64,000 nt of DNA from an uncultured Chlamydiae bacterium (GCA_963713615.1 CAVQMM010000001.1:1280001-1344000); one strand, 5' to 3'; counted from the stretch's first letter, positions 8,597 to 18,993 are shown. Notes: generated by a model from the letters alone, not told the origin. Made by a program: numbers and translations.

Positions 8597-10213
8597 ATGG
8601 AACAGTATGGAATTTACGATACATATAGCAGTGAAGGAACTTTCTCTGCGTGGCTAGACAGACTCTGTGCGAACATGGATGATAACGACAAGGGCACATT
8701 TAGAGGTCTTTTAGATTTTGTCGGTGATATATTCACGGAGATTAAGACTACTGCGGAACGGTATGCAAAAAATCTCGGTACCAAAATAGAGACTGGTCTT
8801 AATGCTATCTACCTTGGGAAAGTTGTAAGACTTGCTAAGTGGACATGCAGCGGAAAAACTGGGGGTAAGGGGTTTGTTACTAAGTTTTTCCTCGGAACGA
8901 GCATCAAGAGCATAGTCATTCGTCAAGCTGCCGTCATCGGGCTAGAAGCCGTTTCTAAAGGAGTAAATTTCTATGGTATGAATGAAGGCCTCATTAGCTG
9001 GGGCTTGGAATCTATTACCACAATGCAACAAGTTCTTGTCCGAACTAACGTAACCATCGTCTACCTGTCTTCGATGCAGAGTATCTATAGCTGCGAAAAG
9101 TGGGCAGGATCTGCCAAAAAAGCTTATCAAGCCTTTACTCACCATACTCCGCAATATAAGAAGGCTCAAAAGGCCGTAAACGAATTAATTGTCACTGCTG
9201 GAAAGTGCCTCGATACGATGATTCCCTTGGCTATTTGGAGTACAACACTCTTGATAAGCCCACTATTCAATTCGGTAGATGATCTAAGTCAACATAGCTG
9301 GACCAACTGGTCTCTTCCCTTTTATCCTACTTTCTCTGCCTCCTTGGACGTGATGTCCCCCGGCTGTGCAACAATAACAGCAGTGGGCCTGGGTCTTATT
9401 ACGGCATTAATGCGTAAGAGGGTTCAGAGGCAAGCAGCTTTCTCACGCGTCCTACCTACGGGAATGGATAGTGAACTTATAGGCATTAAGGAACGTTTTG
9501 AGGCAGTCGTCAAAGCAGCTGCTAATAACGGTTGTATGAGAGAAATATTGATCATTGATAATAAAGCTAGTAAAGTCAATAAGCATCCCGAATATATTCG
9601 CTTGAAAAATCTAGAAGCGACGGCAAAGAATGCATGGACGGCAGCTCAAGAAGCCCATTTAGCAGCGCCCAATATTAATAGGCTGGTAACGCAAGCAGCC
9701 TTAACAGCTGCAGAGACAGCATTCAATACCGCTACCACGGCTCTGCGAGCAAAAGTCACAGAACTCTACGATGCCTTACCGGACGCTGAGCGCGCTGAAT
9801 TGCAAGAAGCTGCCGCTACAGCAATGACGACATTGGTCAAGAGAATAGCCATTCTAACTGCCTCTTACTATGTCCAAGGCAGGGGTAGGGGGTTATGCAC
9901 TGATCTAGGCATTGCCCAAAAGCTTGGCGGCGGAGTCTCAGAAACCGAAATTGATAACGTTTCTCTGATGCATAACGGCAAAGCACCCGGAGAAAGAACC
10001 TCCCATTGGACTGGTTTCACTAGAAAGGGTATTGAGCGTAGGGTCGAAGCAGCAAACCACAACCTGGGTTACCAAGAAGCTCGCACCCCTGAGGGACGAG
10101 CTGAAGCTGTTGTGATGCGCATCGCCGATGCAATCCAAACAAAGTATGGTGATCTTATCAACGAAGTCATCACGGAAATGGCTGATGGCACCAGCCCAGT
10201 CTGGAAAGCATAA
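8597..10213 (+). CDS. Hypothetical membrane protein, paralog 1 of 3 (Inc/effector-like)
   Basis: 538 aa, GAGGA RBS, two hydrophobic lobes then an Ala-rich helical region; 'LTASYYVQG' motif shared with the next two genes. Confidence 0.8.
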   Translation: MEQYGIYDTYSSEGTFSAWLDRLCANMDDNDKGTFRGLLDFVGDIFTEIKTTAERYAKNLGTKIETGLNAIYLGKVVRLAKWTCSGKTGGKGFVTKFFLGTSIKSIVIRQAAVIGLEAVSKGVNFYGMNEGLISWGLESITTMQQVLVRTNVTIVYLSSMQSIYSCEKWAGSAKKAYQAFTHHTPQYKKAQKAVNELIVTAGKCLDTMIPLAIWSTTLLISPLFNSVDDLSQHSWTNWSLPFYPTFSASLDVMSPGCATITAVGLGLITALMRKRVQRQAAFSRVLPTGMDSELIGIKERFEAVVKAAANNGCMREILIIDNKASKVNKHPEYIRLKNLEATAKNAWTAAQEAHLAAPNINRLVTQAALTAAETAFNTATTALRAKVTELYDALPDAERAELQEAAATAMTTLVKRIAILTASYYVQGRGRGLCTDLGIAQKLGGGVSETEIDNVSLMHNGKAPGERTSHWTGFTRKGIERRVEAANHNLGYQEARTPEGRAEAVVMRIADAIQTKYGDLINEVITEMADGTSPVWKA

Positions 10214-10230
10214 AGCCTCCTCCTCCAAAT

Positions 10231-10273
10231 GCAGAGCAGATGCCAGCCGTAGCGGCTTGAGCATCTGCTCCGC
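10231..10273 (+). terminator. Conserved hairpin downstream of paralog 1
   Basis: gagcagatgc-cagccgtagcggcttga-gcatctgctc; second copy at 13248-13288. Confidence 0.55.
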
Positions 10274-10305
10274 CTTAATCTACTAAAATAACCAAGAGAG
10301 AAACG

Positions 10306-11784
10306 ATGGACCGTTACGCCGCCTATCAAGCAAGCAGCAACAATGATATTCTAGTTTTTATGAACCAGTTTAGTAGCCTACTAGACGCCGGGGATGGACC
10401 CTCTGCCAAGGACAAGATCAAGGGTATCGCCAATTTTGCTATAGGCTGTGTGCGTCAATGGGGCCAAGACTATTCGCAAAGCCTTAATGCAGGCTTGGCA
10501 ACTCTTGGACTTGAACCACTCAAGAACAAAACCGTTCTGGTAGCTACCGAACTCGCTCGCTGGGTGAAAACCGCCATAACACCCAATCCCTATCTTCTCA
10601 TTAGAAATCAATGCACCAGCGTCGCCTGTGACGTAGCCCGTACGTTATTGGCCCCCACATGGGGTGAAGGAATCATTACAACGACATTATATATGGGAAG
10701 CAACCTATTTTGGTATGGCGTCCGTATCAGCGTCCTAACATCCTACGTGGGAGCCGTCTGGTCCGCCATCGATTCAGGTCAATGGCTCAATACCGAAGGA
10801 AAGACTTTTGCAACGTACACCCAGTTAACAGCGCAGTATCAGGCCGCACGGACTACCATGAATGGTCTGATGGGGCGTGGCGCCACGGCAATCAAAATCA
10901 TGGGCTGTTTGTCCGCAGGTTCGTTGATTTTATGGCTACCCACGCGGATACTGCCTTTCCGACCTGACAACTACATCAATTTTGTCTTGCCCTGTATCCC
11001 TTATATTGGGGCTGGCACGGCGACGCTCGTAGGAATCAGCGTGCTAGCCTTATGCGTTCTCCGAACCTTGCAGCTGCAACAACAGGTGAGAAGGTCTCTG
11101 GTATTCCCCCCAAACCTAATGACTCAGGGTCATGATGAAGCCGCGCGATTTGTCGAAATCATCGACGCAGGTGTTGCAAACGGCAATATTTCGATAAAAG
11201 ACCTCGAAGCCATTAAGCGAGAAGACGGAAATCTTGGTATTTCTCAGAATGCCGAACTGCAAATTTTACGCGCCACGGAAGCAGCTGCTCGCACGGCCTT
11301 CAGCACTAGCATAAAACAACATCAGGGCAGGAATGCCGCTGCGAAAGCTTTTAAGAATGCGACTATCGCCGCTGAACGCAAGCAAGCCGAATTAGAAGCC
11401 AATCCTCCGGCTAGTGAAAACCAACAACGTGTCCTCGATGCAGTGAGTGTGCTAGCGGCATCCTACTATGTGCAGAGCAAGAGAAATAACGGAGCCTCGG
11501 ATATTTTTGACATAGAGAACGAAGCCTCTGTCAATGCTGTAGAGCTGGATTTTGTTGCAGGGCTGCTGATCGGCCAAGAAGCCTCTGCAGGACCAGAATG
11601 GAAGAGCAATGCCTTCAAGAAATGGCTAGAAACTGAGGTCATCAAAGGCAATTGGGCGAGCGAATATGCTAGAGCCTTACCCACCGAAGGACGTGCTAGA
11701 CGTATTCTGGGTAATATTGCAACGGCAATCAAGGCAAAACACCGCAATAGAATCCTGGAAGCCATTCAGCAAGTCATTGCGTAG
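10306..11784 (+). CDS. Hypothetical membrane protein, paralog 2 of 3 (more divergent)
   Basis: 492 aa; 'VLAASYYVQS'; 'TEGRARRILGNIATAIKAKH' resembles paralog 1 'PEGRAEAVVMRIADAIQTKY'. Confidence 0.8.
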   Translation: MDRYAAYQASSNNDILVFMNQFSSLLDAGDGPSAKDKIKGIANFAIGCVRQWGQDYSQSLNAGLATLGLEPLKNKTVLVATELARWVKTAITPNPYLLIRNQCTSVACDVARTLLAPTWGEGIITTTLYMGSNLFWYGVRISVLTSYVGAVWSAIDSGQWLNTEGKTFATYTQLTAQYQAARTTMNGLMGRGATAIKIMGCLSAGSLILWLPTRILPFRPDNYINFVLPCIPYIGAGTATLVGISVLALCVLRTLQLQQQVRRSLVFPPNLMTQGHDEAARFVEIIDAGVANGNISIKDLEAIKREDGNLGISQNAELQILRATEAAARTAFSTSIKQHQGRNAAAKAFKNATIAAERKQAELEANPPASENQQRVLDAVSVLAASYYVQSKRNNGASDIFDIENEASVNAVELDFVAGLLIGQEASAGPEWKSNAFKKWLETEVIKGNWASEYARALPTEGRARRILGNIATAIKAKHRNRILEAIQQVIA

Positions 11785-11869
11785 CCTCGAGGGCAATTGT
11801 TTACAGCTGCAATAAATTAATTATGAAATATCACATCAACAAAACAAAATATAAAGCAAAGGTGATAAC

Positions 11870-13228
11870 ATGGAAAATTATATTAGACCATCCAGTGGTT
11901 GGGGCTACGAAGCGGTACTAAATTCGATCTGTGCATCGTTAGATGACGGTAATGAAGGCCTAGTGCGGAAATTCTCTAAATCGTGCAGCAAAAAATTCAA
12001 GAATATTCAAAAGTCGATAGACAGGAATGCAAGATTCCTCGGCACAAAAATTGACAAGGGTCTCGAAGCTATTCATCTCGGCTTCGTCGCAAAAGCTGTT
12101 AAATGGGCATGTACTGGAAATGGCGGAAAACTAAACGTCGGCGGGTTCGTTACTAAGTTTTTTATTGGAACCAGCATTAAAAGCATGCTTATCCGTCAAG
12201 CCGCCATTGTAGGGCTAGAGGCTGTTTCCGCATGGATGGAGACAGGCGTTATCAGCTCAAGTGCAAAGACCGTGGCTATATTCCAAAGGGAGTTTGTTTT
12301 ACGCGTTAGCACAACGGTTGCATACATAGCTTCCGCTAAGGCAATTGGCGTTGCTCAACTTTGGACGGGTAAAGACATGAAGGAATATCAAAAATCCACC
12401 ATTATGGACGACGCTTTTGATGAAAGTCGAAGATCCATAAATGAACTAATTACAACAGTCTGCAAATGTACAGAAACGATGGGTGGTCTAGCGATTCTAG
12501 CAATAGGCAGTGCATTAGTAGGGCTGTACAGCCAGAGTGAACAAACCTGGGCAAACTGGTCACTTCCCATATATCCTGACTTCTCCGCTTCCTGGATACC
12601 CTCGATAGACATTATTTCCCCTGTTTATGCAGGCATTGCTGCCACAGGTCTCTGTGCCCTCACTTTCTTTATGAGCTTCCGAATCAGAAGGCAGGTTGAT
12701 ATGTCCCATGTCATCCCTAAGATTCCTAAGACGGTAAACTTGCAAAACCTTGCCAAGAGATTTGAAAACGTAATCAAAGCGGCTGCATGTAATGGCTTCA
12801 TGGAAGAATTCAACATCCTCGCGGAAGGACCCAATATTGCCGCTAGAAAAATACTATTGAAAAAAATAGCCGTTCTTACCGCCTCTTACTACATTCAAGG
12901 CAGAGGAAGTGAATTGAATCAAGACCTAAACCTTGACCTAGACGGCCACAAAAGAGGTTCAATCACTGACGTTCACAACATGTATCGTACACAGAAGTGG
13001 GAGAAGGAAAAATTGGATTGGAAGGGTCAAACAAAGAAAATAATTGAACGTAAGGCTATACGTTCAGAGAAGACGGGATTGACTATTGATAATGGCGAGA
13101 CAGCAGAAAAAAAAGCACAAATTGTTGTGAAAAACATTGGAACTATAATTAAAGATACACATAAAGACATCATCTATAAGCTTATCGATGAAATGTCTGA
13201 TCGCACTAGTGATCGCTGGAGCTTCTAG
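11870..13228 (+). CDS. Hypothetical membrane protein, paralog 3 of 3
   Basis: 452 aa; 'GFVTKFFIGTSIKSMLIRQAAIVGLEAVS' nearly identical to paralog 1; 'LTASYYIQGRG'. Confidence 0.8.
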   Translation: MENYIRPSSGWGYEAVLNSICASLDDGNEGLVRKFSKSCSKKFKNIQKSIDRNARFLGTKIDKGLEAIHLGFVAKAVKWACTGNGGKLNVGGFVTKFFIGTSIKSMLIRQAAIVGLEAVSAWMETGVISSSAKTVAIFQREFVLRVSTTVAYIASAKAIGVAQLWTGKDMKEYQKSTIMDDAFDESRRSINELITTVCKCTETMGGLAILAIGSALVGLYSQSEQTWANWSLPIYPDFSASWIPSIDIISPVYAGIAATGLCALTFFMSFRIRRQVDMSHVIPKIPKTVNLQNLAKRFENVIKAAACNGFMEEFNILAEGPNIAARKILLKKIAVLTASYYIQGRGSELNQDLNLDLDGHKRGSITDVHNMYRTQKWEKEKLDWKGQTKKIIERKAIRSEKTGLTIDNGETAEKKAQIVVKNIGTIIKDTHKDIIYKLIDEMSDRTSDRWSF

Positions 13229-13247
13229 ATTTCATCGCTTACCGTTC

Positions 13248-13289
13248 GAGCAGATGCCAGCCGTAGCACGGTTGAGCATCTGCTTTTTT
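13248..13289 (+). terminator. Hairpin plus T-tract downstream of paralog 3
   Basis: agcagatgc...gcatctgct followed by a T run. Confidence 0.6.
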
Positions 13290-13309
13290 AGGTGCTCATG
13301 TAGCCTTGA

Positions 13310-13557
13310 AGCCCTCACAATCGCCCCTAAGCGCGCAGCGCTTTGGAGTGCGGTCGCTTGCGACCGCTTTTCGTTTTCTTGCGACGGTCGTGTGAAATGG
13401 CATTGTAGGGATTCGTCGGAGGCTGCATGTACTAACTATTTTACCCTTAGCGAATGATTGTGATGCTGTTTCACACAACCGTCGCAAGAATTCCCAAAGC
13501 GGTCGCAAGCGACACGCACTCCAAAGCGCTGCGCGCCCAGAGACGATTGTGAGGGCT
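13310..13557. mobile_element. Family A palindromic element
   Basis: agccctcacaatc...gattgtgagggct; inverted GGAGTGCGGTCGCTTGCGACCGCTTT-type cores; centre similar to the copies at 32841 and 46791. Confidence 0.88.
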
Positions 13558-13561
13558 CTAT

Positions 13562-16500
13562 TTATGGCTCAACAGGGTGCATGTTATGGTATAGGCCCTT
13601 AAGCTCTGCATAACGCTGCTCAGTATCCAAGCGCCAGGGCGCCGCCACTCCGAAACCGCATGAATGACAGACGTCCACTTCCTGATCGGAGAGGTCTGCA
13701 GACATGCGACAACGGGCCATTCGCTTCAACGTTTCTTTAGCGTCCCCATCAACGCTTTCTTCCTTTGGAGTTGCCAACTCCTCCAGATTGGAACTAAACA
13801 ACGACTTCATCATCTCATGCACTTCTGACGACTGATTAAGCGCAGTATTACTTGCCAGATGAGCGAGAAACTGGTCCAGCACTTCCAAGCGAAGATGCTG
13901 CGAAAAGGCCTGAAATGCTTCAAACGACTGCGCCATAGCTGCAGACTTTGATGCTTGATGGTCATCTGTATGCGTTAAAGCATCGATTGCCAGTAGTCCA
14001 TAGAGCGCTGTTTCGATGCTTTCGAAGCCGCAATTGCCAGCTATCTGATTCTCACGCATCGGGTTCAACGCTTCCAAAGCCTCGCAGGTAGCGTCCTTGG
14101 TAGCCTTCAATTTGGTAAGAGTCTGCGGCAACTTCACCAAATAATCAGATACATCGTCCCACGAAAACTCGCGCAAAATGGAGGTTGTCAGAAGGCTGAC
14201 ATCGATGCGATAGGCTTCAATAGGCTTTGTAGAGGCATCACCACGGTTGCAGATCATCAGGTAACCGTTGTGGAACAATACATCTATAGCATGACCAGAC
14301 CAGCCTGTCATGCACAGAACAGTTCCACCGACACCTATTTTTAAGACCCCAGCAGGAGCTCTTCCTAACGTATCGCGGTAAGAACCAAAGTTGATTGCAT
14401 TGTCTATAAATGCAGACATTAGCGCATGCTGATGTTCCGAGATCAAACCCGGATATTGTGCAACAAAACTGGATAACCCCTCCTCTAGGTAGGGAAGGAA
14501 CATATCTGCGAACGCTCCTTCGAGCTGCGCAGAGTAATAAGCGATTTTCACATGTCCTTGTAATTCCCAAGTATGCGAAAGGGCCTTCAGAATGTTTGCC
14601 ATCGTCCCTGCGATGCTGCAATCATAATCCAGAGGAGTCTTTCTCTCTGTATCTTCAATATGCTTTAACGCTGGATCTAACGCGATTAAGTCCCTACCTA
14701 TTCCAGCGGATCCAACACGGTAAGCAACGTGAAGTGGTGTAGAACCGGCATTGTCCTGAATTTGGGGGTCAGCACCATGCGCTATGAGCCACTTGGCCAT
14801 AGAACGATGCGTCCCCGCCACGGCCAGATGTAGTGGGGTCAGCCCATGCTTCACTCGATTATTGAAATCTACTTTTCCACCGCCAGATTCGACTTCCGCT
14901 ACCAGATGCTCCATCGCCTCAACATTACCGTTACTGGCTATCACCGCCACCGCTGAACTATCCGCATCAAGTTGAGCAAGCGCAAGGCTAAAGAGTTCGT
15001 CATAGGCCTCTTGATCAAACTTAGAGAGGGAATCTGTAGCTTTCTGTGTCAACCAATGCAACATGGGGCTCTTGTCATTGTCAAGTCGCTTTGGGTCGGC
15101 ACCCTTTTGAACAAATAGTCTCGCTACTCTTACATTTTGCTCGTAAAGAGCTCTCCATAACGCTGAATTCCCCTTTTTATCGAAATCGCTAAAGGCAAAA
15201 TCCTGTGTATACCACAATCGGTCGAGAAATTGCTCATCTACGTGCTTACAATAGGCCAACATGTGTAGGAGGTTTTCTCCATGTTTGGTATGAGCCTTTG
15301 CATCTGCTCCTAGACTTAAAAGATGCTCAGCACTTTCAAAATTTCCGCTGTTGATAGCTCGGAGCAACGGCGTGAATCCAGTCGAAGCTTCTTGTTCATT
15401 AACATTTGCTCCATGACCCACCAGCAACGTGATGAGGTCTTTACGTCTCTCTTCGATCTGTGGAGGACCAGACATCAGTCGCTGCAAAGGATAGGGCACG
15501 ATACGTTCTAGATCTGCATAGCTATGCTCAGAGAGATACTTATCAACAATCGAGGGTAGAACTTCCTCTAGGGCTATGGTCAGTAACTTTGACGCATCAG
15601 TAACCGGAGAGGGGTCGGCTCCAAGCCTGAGCAGTGTGCGAATTAATGAATCTTGGTGCAGCTCTACAACAACCTGAAGAGGTGTTTTACCTTGCGAATT
15701 GAAAACATTGGGATCTACGTGCTGGCCGCGATTTCTATAGGCATGAACCATTGCATCTAGCGTCTGTGGACATCCAGATGCTAGAGCTAGATGGATCGGC
15801 GGCTCGGTAGTTTCTTCAGCTTGATTTAACGCTATTTCAAACAGACGCACATACTGATGGAAGGTCTGGTTGGAGCCAGGAACATATGGAGATTGTGTGA
15901 GCACCTTGAGCATCGACGGAATAGGCTTTGCTCCAAGCAGTAGTAAAGAGCTCGCTAAGTCAATACCACCCTTTTCTAAAGCAATGTGAAGAGCTGTCTT
16001 GCCATCTTTATTAACGGCATCGAGATCGATTCCCTGTTTAACGAAGTCATCGATCATCGCCTGATCAAAGGATGAACTCATCGCCATGGCATGAAGAAGG
16101 GTTTCTCCGCTACTGGTCACACATGTAGGATCAGCACCTTTCTCCATTAACCAACCAGCGCGATCCAAGACTCCTTGGTTAACGGCTCGAAACAAAGCGG
16201 TCTCACCATCCTCCGCCCTAGTTTCATTGATGTCTGCGCCGCGGTCCAACAACAGGCTCATGACTGCGCGGTCATTGTCCGTTGGATGCTTGCTGCCGGA
16301 CGCTGCCATCACCAGAGGACTGGGCACCAAATTGACCAGATCTTGCAAACTATTGCCGAGCGAAAAATATTCTTGAAGTATCTCGATATCTCCGTTGGCC
16401 AGGACGGAGATCAAAAAGCTTGCTGTAGCTAGAGTGGGGGCTTCTTTGCTGAGCAACCACTTGACCACTACCTGATGCTCTTTCGGGTCAACAACCATCC

Positions 16501-16918
16501 ATGCATTATACTGTTTACCTTCTAGGTTCTGTTCTGCATCCAGACCCCTATCGTAGGCAATCTGTAGAAATTCCGGATTTTGCAGTTCTTCAGCCCAGTT
16601 CAGTAGCCCATTAACAATGGACTGCGTCGCTGGAACCTTGTCAGTAAGTGCCATGAGCATGCTAAGGATTGTCTGGCTGGGGACCGGCTGCTCTAGCGCG
16701 AGCTCTATCAGAGCTGCGCTGATAGGATGACCCTTCTGTAAATGAACAGCCACCGCCTCGCGATCCCCTGCTATGATCGCTTCAATGAGGCTATGCGTCA
16801 ATGCAACATCTTCCGGAGTCACTTCTATCTTTGCGGGATTTTCGGTCGGTTCAGAGACTGCCAAAGGCAGGATTGATACGCAAAAAGAGAAAATCAATTG
16901 GAGGATTGCAATAAGCAT
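13562..16918 (-). CDS. Ankyrin-repeat protein with signal peptide and putative AnkH-like cysteine-protease domain
   Basis: Many 'G.TPLH.A' repeats; hydrophobic N-terminus; C-terminal 'GWSGHAI...ICNRGD...QIAGNCGF'. Confidence 0.85.
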   Translation of the reverse strand: MLIAILQLIFSFCVSILPLAVSEPTENPAKIEVTPEDVALTHSLIEAIIAGDREAVAVHLQKGHPISAALIELALEQPVPSQTILSMLMALTDKVPATQSIVNGLLNWAEELQNPEFLQIAYDRGLDAEQNLEGKQYNAWMVVDPKEHQVVVKWLLSKEAPTLATASFLISVLANGDIEILQEYFSLGNSLQDLVNLVPSPLVMAASGSKHPTDNDRAVMSLLLDRGADINETRAEDGETALFRAVNQGVLDRAGWLMEKGADPTCVTSSGETLLHAMAMSSSFDQAMIDDFVKQGIDLDAVNKDGKTALHIALEKGGIDLASSLLLLGAKPIPSMLKVLTQSPYVPGSNQTFHQYVRLFEIALNQAEETTEPPIHLALASGCPQTLDAMVHAYRNRGQHVDPNVFNSQGKTPLQVVVELHQDSLIRTLLRLGADPSPVTDASKLLTIALEEVLPSIVDKYLSEHSYADLERIVPYPLQRLMSGPPQIEERRKDLITLLVGHGANVNEQEASTGFTPLLRAINSGNFESAEHLLSLGADAKAHTKHGENLLHMLAYCKHVDEQFLDRLWYTQDFAFSDFDKKGNSALWRALYEQNVRVARLFVQKGADPKRLDNDKSPMLHWLTQKATDSLSKFDQEAYDELFSLALAQLDADSSAVAVIASNGNVEAMEHLVAEVESGGGKVDFNNRVKHGLTPLHLAVAGTHRSMAKWLIAHGADPQIQDNAGSTPLHVAYRVGSAGIGRDLIALDPALKHIEDTERKTPLDYDCSIAGTMANILKALSHTWELQGHVKIAYYSAQLEGAFADMFLPYLEEGLSSFVAQYPGLISEHQHALMSAFIDNAINFGSYRDTLGRAPAGVLKIGVGGTVLCMTGWSGHAIDVLFHNGYLMICNRGDASTKPIEAYRIDVSLLTTSILREFSWDDVSDYLVKLPQTLTKLKATKDATCEALEALNPMRENQIAGNCGFESIETALYGLLAIDALTHTDDHQASKSAAMAQSFEAFQAFSQHLRLEVLDQFLAHLASNTALNQSSEVHEMMKSLFSSNLEELATPKEESVDGDAKETLKRMARCRMSADLSDQEVDVCHSCGFGVAAPWRLDTEQRYAELKGLYHNMHPVEP

Positions 16919-16948
16919 GACGCTCCTTTTTAATAGTAATGAGCTTCC

Positions 16949-16977
16949 ATTATATCATAATTTGAAATATTTATCAA
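16949..16977 (-). promoter_or_regulatory. Sigma70-type promoter of the ankyrin gene
   Basis: On the minus strand TTGATA-N17-TATAAT, followed by AAGGAG RBS. Confidence 0.65.
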
Positions 16978-16994
16978 TAGTGGAGTAGGAGGTG

Positions 16995-17770
16995 AGAGAT
17001 GAAGAGGAGGAGGGGAGAGGAAGAGGGGAAAGAGGATTTTACCACAGAGGACACAGAGACGCCGAGATAGGAGAGAGAAGAAAGGAAGAAAAAAAGAGAA
17101 TAATGAAAATTAAAAAATGAATAGTTTTATCATTTTTAAATATTTTTTATTTTTTTGTTTAATAAATGTCCATGCTGTCCATATTGTCCATTTACTCTCA
17201 ATCGAAAGTGGACTTTATGGACAGTAATGGACAATATGAGGTAATTGCAGAAGTATTTGGGCTCTCATGGATCGATTCTTTGGGAAAAAAATCACTTTTT
17301 TTTGTGAGAAGGCGATTCTGGAGAGCTTAAATGGTATGGCACTATCCAGTCTGGAAAGACAGGCTTTTCTCCCTTCTCAGGCCCGAAGGGTCGATATTGC
17401 AACAGGCCAGGGCATCGCCCTGGTATATGCCAGGAAGGGATTTCGCAGTCTGAAGGACTGCTACAAGACGCCAGTTTACACACACCATTTATACATGCGC
17501 TTTATGGCAGTCTTTCAGACTGCAAAATCCCTTCCTGGCATACACCAGGGCGATGCCCTGGCCTGTTGCAATCTCGACCCTTCGAGCCTGGGAAGGGAAT
17601 GGCTCTCTCTTCACCGGCATCCGATTTTCAGGAAATTGACAACGGAAAATCAGACTTCTGCAATTACCTCATATGGACTCTAATGACAAAAAAACAAACA
17701 ATAGAAAAAATTATTTTTTCTATTCTCTCTGTCCTAAATTGTGTTCTTTGTGATCTCTGCGGTAAAAACC
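16995..17770. repeat. Family F element hosting nested C and B elements
   Basis: 'gattttaccacagaggacacagag' ... 'ctttgtgatctctgcggtaaaa'; C arms at ~17166 and 17210-17679. Confidence 0.8.
17238..17670. mobile_element. Family B MITE (TIR GAGGTAATTGCAGAAGT), 4-bp TSD ATAT
   Basis: 17-bp TIRs; ATAT at 17234-17237 and 17671-17674; removing it restores the host unit 'atggacaatatggac'. Confidence 0.9.
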
Positions 17771-18993
17771 TTTTTGAGGTCACTATACTTTTGTTCCATG
17801 GCTACTCTCCACGCCTTTCTGCCACTATTCATACAAGTTTTAGTTAGGGCTTCGAGGGCTTGAAGGCTGCCCCCTTTCACTATAAGAGAAACGACAGAGT
17901 CGTCCGGTTCCTGTGCGAGTGCTACCTCAAAAAGTTTTTGATACCTATCGAGAGACTCTTCGGATAGTGATTCCCTAGGACCTCGTATCAGCATGTTCAG
18001 CATCGACAGAGGTGGTGTGGCTCCAAGCTGTATCAAAGAACTGGCCAAATCGGTATTTCTCTCTTCTAGTGCCATTTTGAGAGGCGTTTTGCCCTCCTTG
18101 TTAGCTAAATCAAGGCCAATTCCTTTGTTGACAAGCGCTGTAAGGAGTGATTCGTCATGAGATGGTCTCTTCGCCATTGCATGCAAAACGGTGTTACCGT
18201 TTGAAGTACGGAATGAAGCATCAGCACCTTTAGTAAGCAACCAATGAGCTACTTCAGACATGCCACTCGCAGCAGCGGAATGCAGTGCCTGTGCACCATC
18301 ATCTGAATGAATATCCGCGCCTTGTTCTAAAAGATACGCCAGCATCGCAAGAGCATAGTTAGCGACACAAAAATTAGCGCTAGCAGCCAAGGTCAATGGC
18401 AAACCAACGAGCTTCTTTAGATCTTGGAATGAATGATCCGCGGAGAAATATTCTTTTATGGTGTCGATATCACTACGTGCTAGAGCTGAACCTAAAAAAT
18501 TCCCGGCAGCAAATTCAGGTGCCTCGTCGCTTAGTAGCCATTGTGTCGCAATAGGATGTCTTCTGGGATCTACCCAACCCCAAGCATCAATCATGTAGCC
18601 GTCTACAACCGGATAGTCATTCAAACCTCTACGAAATGCCAATTGCAAGTATTCCGAAGACTGTAGTTGCTCTGACCAATCTAGAAGGCCATCAACAATT
18701 GCAGGGGTAACCGGCATGCTGTCGCCCTGCATCATCAGTAAACGCACGATGCTAGGATTGGGAACGGGCTGCGCTAGCGCAAGCTCCAAGGCAGCCGCCT
18801 CAATAGGAAGATTCCCCTGCAAATGAATTTTCACGCCATTAGCATCGCCGGAATTGATCGCCTCGATGAGTTCCAAAGTTTTGTTGAGTCGGTTAGGGTC
18901 ATGTTGGAGTTCCGTAGCAGATACGGAGACTGAAAACATCAGTGAAACGAATAAAATTAACAGCCTAAATGATTTTAACAACATTAATACCAA
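17734..18993 (-). CDS. Ankyrin-repeat protein, short or truncated paralog of 13562-16918
   Basis: Aligns by eye with the first ~400 aa of the large ankyrin protein (e.g. 'LELALAQPVPNPSI' vs 'IELALEQPVPSQTI'); last residues read through the family F arm. Confidence 0.8.
   Translation of the reverse strand: MVLMLLKSFRLLILFVSLMFSVSVSATELQHDPNRLNKTLELIEAINSGDANGVKIHLQGNLPIEAAALELALAQPVPNPSIVRLLMMQGDSMPVTPAIVDGLLDWSEQLQSSEYLQLAFRRGLNDYPVVDGYMIDAWGWVDPRRHPIATQWLLSDEAPEFAAGNFLGSALARSDIDTIKEYFSADHSFQDLKKLVGLPLTLAASANFCVANYALAMLAYLLEQGADIHSDDGAQALHSAAASGMSEVAHWLLTKGADASFRTSNGNTVLHAMAKRPSHDESLLTALVNKGIGLDLANKEGKTPLKMALEERNTDLASSLIQLGATPPLSMLNMLIRGPRESLSEESLDRYQKLFEVALAQEPDDSVVSLIVKGGSLQALEALTKTCMNSGRKAWRVAMEQKYSDLKKVFTAEITKNTI

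Noticed and set aside
10231..13289. Repeated hairpin after the paralogs as integron attC sites
   Set aside because: There are no RYYYAAC/GTTRRRY boundaries and no integrase; it is better explained as a co-duplicated terminator.
17267..17683. ORFs in repeat elements (also 4997-5242, 32562-32780, 35322-35672, 40574-40861, 46463-46741, 46942-47124, 56256-56843)
   Set aside because: They lie largely or wholly within palindromic elements, with inconsistent starts and stops between copies and no transposase motifs; likely spurious.
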